Shown: positions 49,286-63,484, counted from the stretch's first letter. The stretch is DNA of 64,000 bases from Saccostrea cucullata (GCF_032062105.1 NW_026935419.1:372001-436000); one strand, 5' to 3'. Numbers and translations are program-made. Notes: generated by a model not told the origin, from the letters alone.

Positions 49286-50546
49286 TCAAGGTCAAAGGGT
49301 CAAGGTTGTTGGTTTCTAAAGAAAGGCCTTTTCTCGAAGATTACATGTGGGAAGTATGAAAGCGCTGGCCCTTACTGTTCAAAAATTATGGCCAAGGTTA
49401 AAGTTTGTAAAAAGTAGGTCAAACTCCAATGTCAAAGAGTCAAGGTTCTTAATATCCAATGAAAGGTCTTGTCACTAGGATTACATATGTAAAAACTTGA
49501 AAGCTCTAGCCCCTACTGTTCAAAAGTTATGGCCAAGGTTAAAGTTTGTAAAAGAAGATGGATCTCCAAGGTCAATGTCAAAGGGTCAAAGTTGTTGATA
49601 TCTAATGAAAGGTCTTCTCACAAGAATTACATATTTGAAGTATGAAAGCCTTAGCCCTTACCGGTCAAATGTTATGGCAAAGGTTAAAGTTTTTTCGTAA
49701 GTACGGAAATCTCTAAGGTCAAGGTCAAAAAGTCAAAATTGGTGGTTTCAAATGAAAGGTCTTGCCACAAAAAGTGATATTTGAAATAAGAAATTCCTAG
49801 TATCTACCATTTAATAATTAGGGCCAAAGTAAAAGTTTGGAATTTTTTTTGTAAAAGTTGGTCAAACCTAAAGGTCAAGGTCAAAGGGTCAAGGTTCTTG
49901 ATATCAAATGAAAGGCCTTGTAACAGGGATTAAATATATGAAGTATGAAAGCCCTAGTTCTAACCCTTCAAAAATTATGTTCAATGTTGTATTTTAAAGT
50001 AAGTCAAACTCCAAGGTCAAGGTCAAAGGGTCAAGGTTCTTTGGTATCCAATAAAGTGACTTTTCACAAGGATTACATGTGTGACGTATTAAGGCTCTAG
50101 CTCTTACCGTTGAAAAGTTATAGCCAAGGTTAAAGTTTTTTCATAAGTACAGAAATGTCCAAGGTCAAGGTCAAAAGGTCAAAGTTGTTATTATCCAATG
50201 AAAGGTCTTTCTACAAAGAATATATATGTTATGTATAAATGTCCTGGTATTTAATGTTTAAAAGATATAGCCAAAGTAAAAGTTAAAAATTTTTGTGTAA
50301 AAGTGGCTCAAACTCCAAGGTCAAGGTCAAAGGGTCAACTTTGGTGGTACCCAAAGAAAGGTCTTGTCACAAGAAATACACATGAGAAATATGAATGTCA
50401 TAGCTCCACTAAATCAAAAGTTATGGGCAAGGTTAAAGTTTTTGAGGACAAATAGAGAGACAGACAGACAGAGAGATAGACAGACAGATGGACGAACATG
50501 ACAAAAACTATATACCCCCGAAACTTTGTTTACGGGGGCATAAAAA
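49286..50546 (-). mobile_element. HINE with a GGTCAA-rich satellite array
   Basis: Tandem units of about 140 bp, GACA microsatellite, palindrome CCCCCGAAACTTTGTTTACGGGGG followed by CATAAAAA. Confidence 0.8.
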
Positions 50547-50663
50547 GTGAATTATGGAGCTCGTATAAAACTTTCGAAACTTTTTATCCTTTGTCTCATG
50601 GATAACTCGAAATCTCTTTCAGATCTGACTTATTACATACACATCCTTCATACGTAGGCAACC

Positions 50664-51504
50664 TTTTTGTCCCCCGCTTTCGCGAAAGCGAGGGGACATT
50701 AAATCTCATTCGTCTGTCAGTCTGTCAGTCCGTCACAAAAACTTTAACCTTGCCCATACCTTTTGATTTAGTGGAGCTATGACTTTCATATTTCACATGT
50801 GTATTCCTTGTGATAAGACCTTTCTTTGGGTACCACCAAATTTGACCTTTTGACCTTTACCTTGGAGTTTCAACTTTTTTTAACTAAAAAATTCCAAACT
50901 TTTTCTTTGGCCATAACTTCTGAATGGTAGACAATATGACTTTCATATTTCACATATATATTTTTTGTGACAAGACCTTTTATTGGATACCAATAACTTT
51001 GACCTTTTGACCTTGACCTTGGAGATTTTCGTACTTATAAAAAAAACTTTAACCTTGACCATAACTTTTGAACGGTAAGGGCTAGGGCTTTCAAACTTCA
51101 TTTATTTAATTCTTGTGAGCATTGGATACTAAGACCTTTGACCTTGAACTTGGAATTTGACCTACTTTTCAAAAACTTTGACCTTGACCACAGTTTTTGA
51201 ACAGAAGATACTAGGACTTTCATATTTCACATATGCATTCTTTGTGGCAATACCTTTCATTTGATATCAAAAACCTTGACCTTTTGACCTTGATCTTGGA
51301 GATTTCTTGCACTTATGAAAAAACTTTAACCTTGACCATAACTTTTGAATGGTAAGGGCAAGGGCATTCATACTTCACATATGTAATCCTTATGAGAAGA
51401 CTTAATTTTATACCAAGAAATTTAACCCTTTGACCTTGACATTGGAGTTCAGTGATGATTTCTAAATAAATGACATGATCCACAATTCCTTGAATTTGCT
51501 TGTT
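50664..51504 (+). mobile_element. HINE, same family as 31160-34182
   Basis: TTTTTGTCCCCCGCTTTCGCGAAAGCGAGGGGAC, GTCT microsatellite, TTGACC repeats, ends GAATTTGCTTGTT. Confidence 0.82.
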
Positions 51505-52618
51505 TACTTCGAATATTTGCTAAACAATGCACAAAAAAGTCCAAATTTGGGTGGATAAAATGTTGCAAACTAATGGTGAACATTGAATAGTCAAGGTAAG
51601 TTGAGATCAACACAAATTTCAGTCGGCAAAATATTCAATCAGCGTTTTCGCTCTACCAGCCCTTGCTTCGAATCAAATACCGTCGTTAATCGACAATCAT
51701 CGCATTTTATTAGAGTGTAAAATAAAGAGAAATAATTTGCTCATGGAATAACATTCCGTCCGTGTAAACACTGGTGCAACACTTAAAAGCTTACAATTCA
51801 AATTTCTAAATGGATTTTGAGTTTTAGAATGTTAATATAATAGTTCAAATTTCTAAATTTCAAAAACTCGAACTGATTTGGTATATTGAAATTTAATATT
51901 TTAGTTCAAAAATGTAAATTATCAAATTTCCAAACAGGTTTACAATTTTTACCTTAAATATTCAAAATTCAAATTTCCAAAAACGATCTCTGCATTTTAA
52001 ACTTTTGAGTTTTCAATCTACCGGGGTTTTTTTTTTTCCAGGAAGTTCAGTAACATTTTTCGTCTTTTAATTATTTAAAATTTACTTCAGACTTCTAAAT
52101 TTCATCTTTCAGAACGTCTATCTTTGCCAAAGAAAAAAGTGGGGCCTACCTTTTCCGATGTCTATGCGGGTAATAAAAATTATTTATACAGTATAACATC
52201 CTGACATGTACCGGCCTGACATGTTGAAAAACTAAAAATCCTATCTCTTTTCATTCAGACCAACGTAAGAATAATTTTTGTAAAAGCAGGTCAAACTTCA
52301 AGGTCACATGGTAAAAAGTTGTAGCATATTTGGAAAGGTCTTTGTCACTCATAAACTCGAAAGTTTTCAAGAATACTGTTCATTATCCCCATATATTTCG
52401 CAGAAAATGTACTCGTGAAAATTGAAAGCCCTATTTTTTCTCTTTAAAAATATTTCCAGTGTTAATATTTTAAAGCAGACAGACTGTCTGATGGACAAAC
52501 GAACAAATGAATGAAATAAATAAATGACCCCTTACTTTGTCGAAAAAAAGGTATTGCTTTTTTCAAGTTCATATTAATTGCGACAGATTTTTTTTTACAT
52601 TAAATAAGGGTCCATTTT

Positions 52619-53458
52619 TACGAAAGCCCATTGGGCTCATTTTCGTAGGTAGAAAAAAAATTTCGCGTTATTATATGCATATACTAATGTTATTCAGGAA
52701 CCTTGATCTTCACTGACAGCTAGATAAAAACGTGATTGCTGACGGGGAACTTTCATGAATTTATTTATGAAATACATATCATATCCTCAGAAGATGTACT
52801 GGAGAAATGATGCGAGAATAGTATAGATTAGTCATCAGATTTTTTTTAATTTCAAAACCCTACTAATTAACAATATGAATTTTACTTTCTTGTAAATGAT
52901 TTTCAGTTGTTAAATTCAAGAAATTCTTTAGACTGATTATTTTATTTAAGGAAATTAAATCTCCACTTGACACTTTTCTTCTCAAGCTGTTTTTTTTTTT
53001 TTTTTTTTTTTTATTAGCAGTATAGAACATTCGCTTCAACTGTATCACTAGTGAATTAAGCAATCCATCATTTTGGACTAAAAATTATACCCTGTAAAAA
53101 CAAAGATTAAAAGTGGGTGAATAATGTATGATTTTATGAGCTTAACGTGCCAGATGATGCCTTTCAAATAATAAATATAACTGGATATTGTAAAAAATTA
53201 TCGAGGAGGAGGGTCTACGTGTCCTAATATTTCTCCAATATTTATATATCCGAGGGTTTATTGAAAAGTTCGTGGACTAGCGTCATAAATCAAAAGTATA
53301 AAGTATACAGCAAAGAGTTTTTACACTTTGAATTAATAGTCAATGTTTTCGTAAGCAAATCCCAATGGAATGACCATGCGGCGCAACCTCAAAATACGAT
53401 GTCGTATATCTACAGTGAATCTAACGGAGACAAATGAAAATTTGCCATCCAATTTTCA
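52619..53458 (+). mobile_element. Truncated, diverged copy of the 34647-36012 element
   Basis: TACGAAAGCCCATTGGGCTCATTTTCGTAGGT start and colinear interior (CCTCAGAAGATGTACTGGAGAAATGATGCGAGAATAG); right end absent, replaced by a MITE fragment starting CAGGCACGTAGC at 53463. Confidence 0.82.
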
Positions 53459-53784
53459 TCCACAGGCACGTAGCAACAGGGGGGGGCGGGGGCCAGGGGG
53501 GCTCCTTTTTTTCCCCAACATTACTTTTACTACTGGAAATGTTCAATGAAAGGCTGGTTGCTCCCCCCCCCCCCCCCACCACCCACTTTTTAGTACAGGA
53601 ACGAGATTTAGTACTGTATGTAAAAAAAAAATGTTAATGAAAGAAATTGGCATTGAAAAAAAGTTGGCCCTTACCCCTAGGATTTACAGGAATCTCCGGT
53701 TTTCGGGAGAATACAGAAATAATTATTTCTTTAACGAAGTTTTAGATCGAATTAGTTAAAGTTCGATCTCTCTAGTTCCCGATC

Positions 53785-54961
53785 ATGAGAATTGAACACA
53801 AAATCGTTGTTGGTGGGATTTTAGTCATATCAATCCCAATTGCTGGTGCTTTTTTGTATGACATTGGAACGGGAAAGAAGGTAAAAATTTGACATGCGAC
53901 TACAGAAGTGCTGTCTGTGTTTTTAAGGAAAGATGACATTTTATCTCGAATTTCCTCGCATCAGTTTATTATTCGTCTGTCTTCGAAGGAAAATACGACT
54001 GAAGGGTCCTTATAGAAGTATATAAGTGGGAAAATTAAATCAAATTTAATATATTTTGATAGAAATGAAAACATATCTCACTCTTCTTTGAAATTGTATT
54101 TGAATCCGAATTTCCTCAACAGCTGATCAAGTCAAGTAAATTTTATTTATAACCAGCATTTATCTACAGTATAACCCAAAGGGAAAATTTGGCTATCCTA
54201 TGAGGTCAGGATTCGAAGCCCCCCCCCCCCACCCCCCTTACAACCACTACCACCACTACTCTAGACACCGGCTCAGCTCAGCTGACATGACAAAAATATG
54301 ATCACCAACAAACACACCTGTCTGACATAATGCTGCAGCCACAGATCCGGTAATGCAAAAAATGTGCAATTTGCACTTTTAGATTCAATGTGAAGAGCTC
54401 TTTCAAGCTTATAATCAGCTTGTGTATTTTGAAATACAAACTTGTGCGAATATCCAACAATACCAATTCAATCTTCCTTTTGTAATGTATGCCTATAACA
54501 CATAACAGTATTAAACATTGAAAAATAAGTAGCTTGTGCTTATGTGTTTATAATTCATTAACTTTATATAGTATGTAGAATACAAGGCATAAACTTAATA
54601 GGTTTGTAACACAATATTACTTTTTTTTTTTTACCTCCGCCACTAGTAAGTTTACATGTGTATGTATGTATATAGCTTATAATTAATTCAGTCAAGATGA
54701 CTCTAGCTAAGCTTAATAATTTTTCTCAGTGTTCTTTTTATTATGATTGAGTATTATAATGCTTATTTATTTTCTTTTTTAAATTTTATTTTGCAGCACA
54801 TGAATACAGTGATTGGCAGATTAGAGAAAATTACAACAGGTAGAAAAGGTATGAGAGCTCAGCAAAAGGAAGAGTACCAGAAATGGAGAGAGGAGAAGAA
54901 GCTAGAGAATAGAAGGAAACGAGAACTTCAGGTAGTGAACCAGTCAGGGGGATCTTCCTAA
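53785..54961 (+). CDS. Small single-TM protein, probable diverged PET117 paralog, 2 exons, 86 aa
   Basis: Exon 1 53785-53880 (MRIEHKIVVGGILVISIPIAGAFLYDIGTGKK|gtaaaa) and exon 2 54797-54961 (ttgcag|HMNTVIGRLEKITTGRKGMRAQQKEEYQKWREEKKLENRRKRELQVVNQSGGSS*). Same phase-0 intron position and layout as PET117. AATAAA at 55063. Confidence 0.7.
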
Positions 54962-56268
54962 TTTCAGTCACTGTTCTACTGTTCTTGTAGCTGCAGATCC
55001 GAAGCTGGCTAGTCTGAAAAAAAAGAATTTGGATGGATGAAATGAGAGTAGTAGTGTCACCCAATAAAAAAAAAATTTTATTGTGCACAAAAAAATGCAG
55101 TGCTCCTCGATTTATGTAGCTTTCTGGTCATCCATCCCAATTTTATTTATATCAGCAAGCTAAATGTACAGTTTTGCAGCTACCGTTATTGCTGCATATC
55201 TCAAGGATTTCAATGTAATACATGTATAGCATTTTCTATACTTTTCTGCTCTTTAAATTTTTTATCTGGCATGTGATTGGCATGATATATATGTAGCTTC
55301 AGGGATTTAAAAAAAATAAATTATGCTCAAATACAGAACTTGAGTGAAGAATTTTCGACAAGATCGAGGAAGAAATGATCAAGTCTGCATTTATAAAATT
55401 ATTTTTTAAATAATTTAAATGTTTACAAACATATGTTGCCCTCCTTCTTTATTTTTTCCCTATACAAACATCACTTACTTGGAAATTTGTTAAAATCTAT
55501 TTCATGTGAAGATGATACATGTATCAATACATGTGTAGAAATATCTACCAGTAAATGAAAAAAACAAAAATTTCAGATTTATTTTTTCAAACTTATTTTT
55601 TCTTTGGTTTTACTTAATGTTAAATTTTAAAATTGAAAATAAATATTTTATATACAAATGAAATATGTAATATTTAACACCTAATACATGTCTTTTTATT
55701 TTGAATCTTCAATCATTGTGTCAAGGGCAATAACTCTATTAGCATTACCCAAGTGTTTGTAATATTCATTTTATGTCCTGATGTATGAAGAGATAGGAGA
55801 TGTTATATTGATAGACACTTTTACCTAAAATGCATCAATTCACATGTTCTGCTATTTTGTCAGCTTAATACAAATCCTGCTCCAATTTTTTTTTCATTTG
55901 TATTTTGTAACATTACTGGAAAGGATATTTTGTAAGGTAGAAAATGTGAGTTTTATAAGTTTTATTGGACTGTTTTTTGTTATTTTTTAAAAATAATATT
56001 CTAGTCCTGCATTACCTCTGAGGGCCCTTAATAGCAAGTCATGCCTTGTCCCTATTTCAATTATTTTTTTCTCCATTTGGTAAAGATAGGGGACATTAAA
56101 TATCAATTCATTTGTCCATCTGTCACAAAATGTCTACTAAATAGTCATAACTTTTGAATGAGAAAAGATGAGGCTTTCATATTTTACATGTATGTTACCT
56201 GTGACAAGATTTTTTATAATTTACTGTGCCTAAACCCCGTGATATTGAAGTTTATCTAATTTAAAAAA

Positions 56269-56572
56269 AAACTAGAGGTTCTGTGAGCAATGAGCTCACT
56301 AAATGATATCCCCCGCCTCCCATATGAATATAATGGCAGTATCCATGTTTTGCTCTGGAAAATCCAAAATATATGTCAGATCAAAAAGTAAAATAGGAGG
56401 TGCACAATGGCAATATGTAATGAAGAATCTGTGAAAGTTTCATTAAATTTCCTTCAGTGGTATGAGAGGAGTTGCGGATAAGAGAGGGTACCCCAAAGCG
56501 TAACAGACGGACAGAGGGATGGAAATACCGATTACTATATACCCTCCCACTTTTCAAGCGGGGGGGTATAAT
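56269..56572 (-). mobile_element. Short HINE nested in older Helentron-like debris (about 56080-57720)
   Basis: AACTAG end, hairpin GTGAGCAATGAGCTCAC, subterminal IR CCCCGC/GCGGGG, GACA microsatellite. Confidence 0.65.
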
Positions 56573-59500
56573 TAACACTGGTTATAACTTTTGAATGAGA
56601 TAAGATAAATAATTACCTGTTACAAGAAATCTTTGAGTATGCTTTGATTTTTACCCTTAATCTTTACATTGAAGTTTGATTTAATTTAATAGGTTATTTG
56701 TAGTGGGAATACATGTGATTTTTAAAGGAGAGAAGATGGGTTTGGGCATTTATATATGACAAGTGTATTTTCTGTGACAGGAAGTTTCCAAAGTTTATGA
56801 GATATTTGACCTGTGACCTTGACCTTCAAGTTTGACCCAATTTTTAAAAAAAATCATTGCTGCCAACTTTTGAAAGAGAGAAGGGAGGGCATGTCATTCA
56901 TATTTTACAGGACAAGACATTTCCAAAAGTACTGTAATTTTTAAATCCTATTTTCTTGACCTTGAAGTTTTATGTATTTTTTTTTTATTTTTAACATTGC
57001 TGATAGCTTTTGAATAAAAGAAGACATGGCATATCATATTTGACATGGGCTTTACCTGTTTAAAGACCTCTCTGAACATACTCTGGTTTGTGACTTCATG
57101 ACCCTTACGTTAAAGATAACTTAGTAGTTAGTCTTGTTCATTTTTTTTACATTGTCAATACCTTTTGAAAAAATAGGGATTTCATATTTTTCAGGTACAT
57201 TACTTAAGACAACATCTTTCAGAAAAGTTTATCATTTTTGACTTCATAACCTGGACCTAGAAGTTTGAAGGACACACAACAGATAGTTACAATATGCCAT
57301 AGATAAATGAATCCCAACCACTAAAAGACAAAAAGGAAGGGCCACAATTCTTTGAGTCTGTTGTTCCCCACTTTCTGTCCATCTGTCTGTCTTTCTGTCT
57401 GTCTGTAACACGTTTCCTCAAGATATCTTGAGAAGCCTTTGACACAATTGTTTCAACAAGATATCTTGAGAAGCCTTCGACCATTTGCAAAGAAATTTTA
57501 TGTAACACCCTATGGCTAAAAAAAAAAGACCCTTATTTGATTTTTAGGTCAAAAGGTCAAAGTTCAAGGTAATAAATTATGTTTTAACACTTTCATTTCT
57601 GTGCAATATCTTTAAAAGCTTTTGAGCCTCTACAGTGAAATTTATACAACTCACTTTGGCCTAAGGAAGACCTCTATTGATTTTGATGTCAAAAGGTCAC
57701 AGTCAAGGTTTTAAATTCATAAAATCACCTTAAACAAGTGACACAGATTCTCTAAATTAGCCTGTTTGTTGTGTTTGCTAAGTATCCAGATGTGCCATAC
57801 CTTCAATACCTAACACCTCTAATTTTGAATTTGTTAAATTATTAAATGTTTTTTAATACAATCAACATTGAAGCAAGTCTTGAATTTGCATGTTTTATAA
57901 TATAAATTAATTGATGCTTTTATATAAAGTTTATTTGGGTGAGAGTCTTGACTTCCTTCTTTAAACTTCCTGTTGCTGGACTGTAAAGGTTTGTTCAGGT
58001 TAGTACTTCATTACAAAGGAAATGACAAATTTCCCTTTTCACTCATCTTGTTTTTCCAAAAAATCTCACAAATATTTAGAAGTGATGCTAGGATTGTTCA
58101 CAAGTATTTGACAAAAGAGTGTCTGGAATTTGATCTCAAGTATAATACAGTTTTAGCAATATATTTTTAGCAAAATATTGTAACAACCCTGTGTTTTCAC
58201 TCTCCCACAACTGTAATGATGGTTAACTTTCACTAATAAAAAACTTATTAATTTATATTAAACTATTTGCTCAAGGTAAAGGTGAGGTCAAATGAATTCT
58301 TTTGGGATCAAAAATCATATATATTAATTTCCCATTTCCATTTGCAAAATTCGGACAATGTGCTTTCAATGAGGATTTTTTAAAAATATATGTGGTCCCT
58401 ATATATTTAAATATCCAACTTTCTAAAGTTGCAGTTAAAGCTAGGATTGTTTATTATTGTTGATAAAAGAATCTTGTATCATATTTTACTTGTTGAGTAG
58501 GGAATATCTAAAGATGCATTATCAACTTAGATAAGGAAAAGCTTGCATTAACTGGTACATGTAGTACCGGGTAAGAAAAGTCATGTATATAATGTACATG
58601 AATAGACATATTGCTTAAACCCTGACTTAACTCAAGTGTGTGGTTATCTATGTTATATAATGATATAGTTACTGTATGGGCAGATGATCAGGAAATAAAT
58701 CTGTTGGTTATACAAGAAGTATAGCAACTTGAGACATTTATTGTGGTTTCTAGTGAGAACTTGAAATTCATCCATTTGAATAACATCCTTGTACATATCA
58801 CATTTACAGAAAGTGAAATGAAAGGTTTCAATGTCTAATGAAAAGTTAACAATTTAAAAAATATATAAATTTAGGACTAATTAAACTTAATTGCTTTCAG
58901 ATCCATTGTATAAGTGTTTGTTGATCATGAAACATGGTAAAATACACATAGAACAAGATTCCTGTAATTCTTTTATAAGCATACATCTGAGTAATTCAGA
59001 TCCATTGTTTAAGATAGTTTGACTCTTTATTAGCGAGACATAATTTTCACGATTTGTTGTTTTTCCTCTATATAAGGAATACTTTTAAATGCGGGAATGA
59101 AATTTTCGCGATCACTTTGTCTCGCGTAATTACGCGAAAATTAAGTTCTCGCGTATAAAACGTGATTTACAGTATAAAGATGTGCAGTGCATTATGGGGG
59201 GGAAAAATCTTGGGCTAAATCCACCCTTCTCAAATATCAATATTGTTATCTCTTGTAATTCACTTTAAAGATTTTTGTAAACCAATATTTAGAAACTTTT
59301 GAGGCAGCTCTTTTCAGTGGACACTCACTGTCCATAAATCTCCAGTATCCAAATAACCTTTCACAACATTATTCTTGAGTCAACAATTAAAGGAGGTATA
59401 TTATCCACTATCAAAATTGATACTTGAAGATTAGATATTTTAACACTTAAAAAACTGTGCAAAGTATAAAGTTCTAGCTCTTATGATCAAACATTATATA

Positions 59501-62227
59501 CATCCATTTTCCTCAGATATGTAAGTTTTGGTAAACTAGAGTTCTTTGGATCATGTGAATTTTTCCAATAATAATTAAGTTATTCAAAGGGTAAGAGAAA
59601 TACAAGTATCATATCTCTAAATTCCTGCAAAGGCTAAAATAATAGTTCCTAGATAAAAGACCATTCACATTTCAAAATTATTTAGAATCTCCAGACTGCT
59701 GTGCATGCTCATCACATATTGAACTACAATTCTTTCTGTATTGGTCTGGTACCTGGTAGATATGAATTGGAATAATGAAAAATATTTTTGTTTTTAGTAT
59801 CTCTATTCTCTAGAATCCTGAAATTTTTACACCCAGTTGTCTTGAATATGCTAAATACTAGCTCCCCAACATTTGCATAAGGTCCCTAGAAAACTTCATG
59901 ACAAAGTTGGAGCTTTTCATATTTCCTATTAAACATTATCTGTCTAATTAAATCACTGGTTCATTTTTTAAAGAATATTAGGCCTAATACTTTTATAAAA
60001 ATAGAACCCTATCTGGCATAGTTAGACTTGCTATATGGGTTCTGAATTGGCTTAATTTCACTTCATTAAGTGAGTGATTAGGTTTTAGATTAAGTATTGG
60101 CCCAACCTTGACCAGTTGTTACTTCTGATGAAGAGTTCCTGGGTTGTCTTGATCTTTCATTTGTATATTTGAGCTTAGTTGTGCTATGCTTATATTGATA
60201 TAAACAGCTGAATTTTATTGTACACAGTAGGTGCTACAGAGTAAAAATTGTGATTGTTTGCAAAACCCTCTTGTGAAATGCCAAATGCACCTGCATTTTT
60301 ATACAAGAGGATTTTAAGTTGTCCTGTTCATGTATAATAATAATTTCAATCAGGCTACTATATGCTTGATACTTCCTGCTATTGATAAACGTAACATTAT
60401 TATCTTGTAGTAACAATCCAATAGGTTACATCAAATCCAATCAGAAATTTCACAAAGAGATGCCACACTGTTAGGGAGGGGTATAGGTTTATCACTGAAA
60501 GATTTAGCAAAAAATAAAATTTACAAAAAATGTGCGAACCTGTCAGAAAATTATATCTGTCTGACATCACACGGTGAGGCATCCCATTCTGTGTGATTGA
60601 GAGAGTTTGTCTGTCGGAGGTGTGGTATTTCTCACATATTAGAAAATCTTTTCGGGGCATTGTAGAGGCCACATAGTGAATGCAATTGTCTGGCAAGTAT
60701 AGTGAGTAGGATTCATAGCACAGAGATCTGTGGTATGTGCTTCATTTAATCTGCTTAAGATCATATGTATGTTATGCCAGTTGGGGAAAAAAATATATTT
60801 GAGGGTATTTTTGTATTGTAGTGTATGAAATATTGCATTAGCTTTTTAAAGAAGAGAAATAAGAGAGGGCAAAAATTTCCAGTATGTGCTCACGCACTTA
60901 AAAAACGAAACATCTATTTGAAAAATTAAACTTATAGATGCCTAGTATTTTGAAAACATTTAACTTTTTTGTTAATTTTGTAGGAAATTGGAAATCCGCA
61001 AGCCATTTGAGTTGGGAATGTTCTTTGGAAACCATCATCCTTCACGGCCTGTATGGGTGAATTGATGACTACAACCTGCCATCAGAGTTGCTGAACAAAA
61101 GTATTTCTTGAATGGATCACTTGTAGTGGAAAGCTTCTATAAGTGATCTGTTCATGACTTTTACAACTGGCAGCAATATATATGACTTCTGATGAGTCAC
61201 GATGCTGAAATAAATCATTGTTTGTCAATTCATTTTCTGATATATGCTATTTTTAACACTGTAATGTGTTGTATTTGGTATAAATAGATCTATTTATCTG
61301 TGAAGTGTACAATTGGATGTGATAAAGATACAAAATCTCATAATTTATCCAATAGTGATGTGATTTTTTTTCTAAATATTGTGAATAATTAGGGCTTCAT
61401 TTTGCTGGTGCCAAAATATTCACTCCCTTTGGTCCAACCTGTGGCATTGAGTGAGTGCCAATGGATAAAGGGTATGCAGTGATTTAGATCATAGGTCAAG
61501 GTCAGAATTCTTTTTCTTTTCAAATATCCTTTTGACTGCCTGTGGGAGCAGATTGTGCATCTACTATAATGGTGTGCAGCAACCTTGAACCAAGTTTCTA
61601 GGTCAAGGTTGTCCTTGTTGTGTGCACCTTTCCCTTTGTCCTCATCTGGCTCATTTTCTTCCACAGTGCTCTTAGGTTAAGATGTAAGTCAAAGCAGATT
61701 TCAATGAAAAACTCATAGTAGCATATTTTCCCTCCCCACTGTATATTCATTTACCCCCCCCCCCCCCCTTCCAATATGAAGAATATTGCGAATAAGAATT
61801 TTTCTCATTAAAAGTGTGGAGGAAAAGTTCCATTACAAGCTCTTTTCATCCTATGTGCATGTACTTGACTAGAATTGGGGCCCTTTGAGATGATCACCAT
61901 CTGGATGATATATAGATACTTGTTTTGTAAATCCTTCATTCTACAGAAAAAAAAATGCACATTTTGCCGATATTTGTGTAAAACTCTCAGGACACTTTGT
62001 TTGAGGTGTCTTCTACATGTTAAAATCCTTTCTACATGTCATGAATGTGATTAATGTCAATAAATTTGTAAAGGTTACTGATAACTGTTATTATTTGTTA
62101 TTTGAGCTCTTGTTTCATATAAATACTGATTTTCTAAGTTGATTTTACTGGAACTTAAATTGTTAAATGAAGGGTCAAACCCCCTCCACAATGGATATAA
62201 TAATGAAAAGGCAATGAATGGGTCAAT

Positions 62228-63050
62228 AACAAGAGACCCAGAGGGCCTCTATCTGCTCTTCCAATAAAATATACAACCTATCACTTCTATTTGAAGCCTT
62301 TAACTTTCCTATATATTTAGATAAAGTCTTGAAATTCTAAAAGTAGATCCTTGTGACATATATTTTGGTTAGAACAATAAGAATCCAAATTACATAAACT
62401 GACAAAGTTTGATGATCTTAAAAATTCAGCTAGAGCCATGAAATTCCAAAAGTAGGTCATGTTGACCTAATTTACATTAAACAGTGTAGGTCATGGCAGT
62501 GTTCATTAGGGTAACATCTTCTGAGACCCCAATGCAAAATGCATCAACTGATAAAGTTTTTTGATTCGTTGAATATTTAGATATTGTATTGAAATTCCAA
62601 AGTAGGTCACTCAAAGTACCAACATTTTAATTGAATCATTCAGAAGACCTAAAATACATCACTGACAGAGTTTGTTGACTTTATGCCAATTAGTGGCTAA
62701 AATATTTAAATATAGCCTTAAAACTAAAAAGTCAATGTGGTGACAATGTGACAATTGACTAATTCAAATTGTCACAACACTCCACATTTAGGTCATTGTG
62801 ACCTAATTTAAATGATTGAAATACTTTGAGGGCCTTAAATGCATTAACTGACAAAATTTGATGATTTTATGCCAGGTGAATTAGTACTTTTATATGGCAT
62901 TCAAATTCTAAAACTTAGTTACTGTGAACACTTTTTGTTGACATACTCTGAGGATCTAAGATGCATCAACAAAGATAGAAAATTTTTTGCCAATAAATAT
63001 TGGAAATATTCAACTACAGAATGGGAGAGAGGATCGTACGTTTTGGTCGT
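62228..63050 (-). mobile_element. Degenerate HINE with tandem units
   Basis: AACAAGAGACCCAGAGGGCCTCT end; recurring GAAATTC..AAAGTAGGTCA...ACTGACAAAGTTTGATGA units. Right boundary approximate. Confidence 0.55.
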
Positions 63051-63439
63051 GGTTTGCGACGATATAGGAGATTTTACATCATTCGTTTTTGATTTCCTTT
63101 TTAAAGCTATATATGGCATATCTGAGCTAAAAAAGATATATTATTATACGATATTGAGAGTATATATATTTAATATATGTTCAAATTAAAATGTTCGTCG
63201 ATTTTGAATTTGAATAACTTTAGTCGGTGAATAAATCGGTTATTGTTTCAAATTTATAATATGTTGAATCGCGATTAATTTAGAATGTGTCATTTACAGG
63301 AAAGTCTTATCTTAATTAACATACTGCATTAAAACAAATAGAAAGATCTTGTTGGTTTTAGTCTATAAACTTAAAAAAAAATATGCCATGTATGTATGAC
63401 TTAAAAAAAAAATTAAAATCCCCGAACATTCTAATACAC

Positions 63440-63441
<2 letters not shown>

Positions 63442-63484
<43 letters not shown>
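63442..63484. repeat. (CT)n microsatellite
   Basis: About 21 perfect CT units. Confidence 0.95.

Noticed and set aside
61180-61215. Hammerhead ribozyme core CTGATGA...GAAA
   Set aside because: Stem II does not pair and no stems I/III with a cleavage triplet were found.
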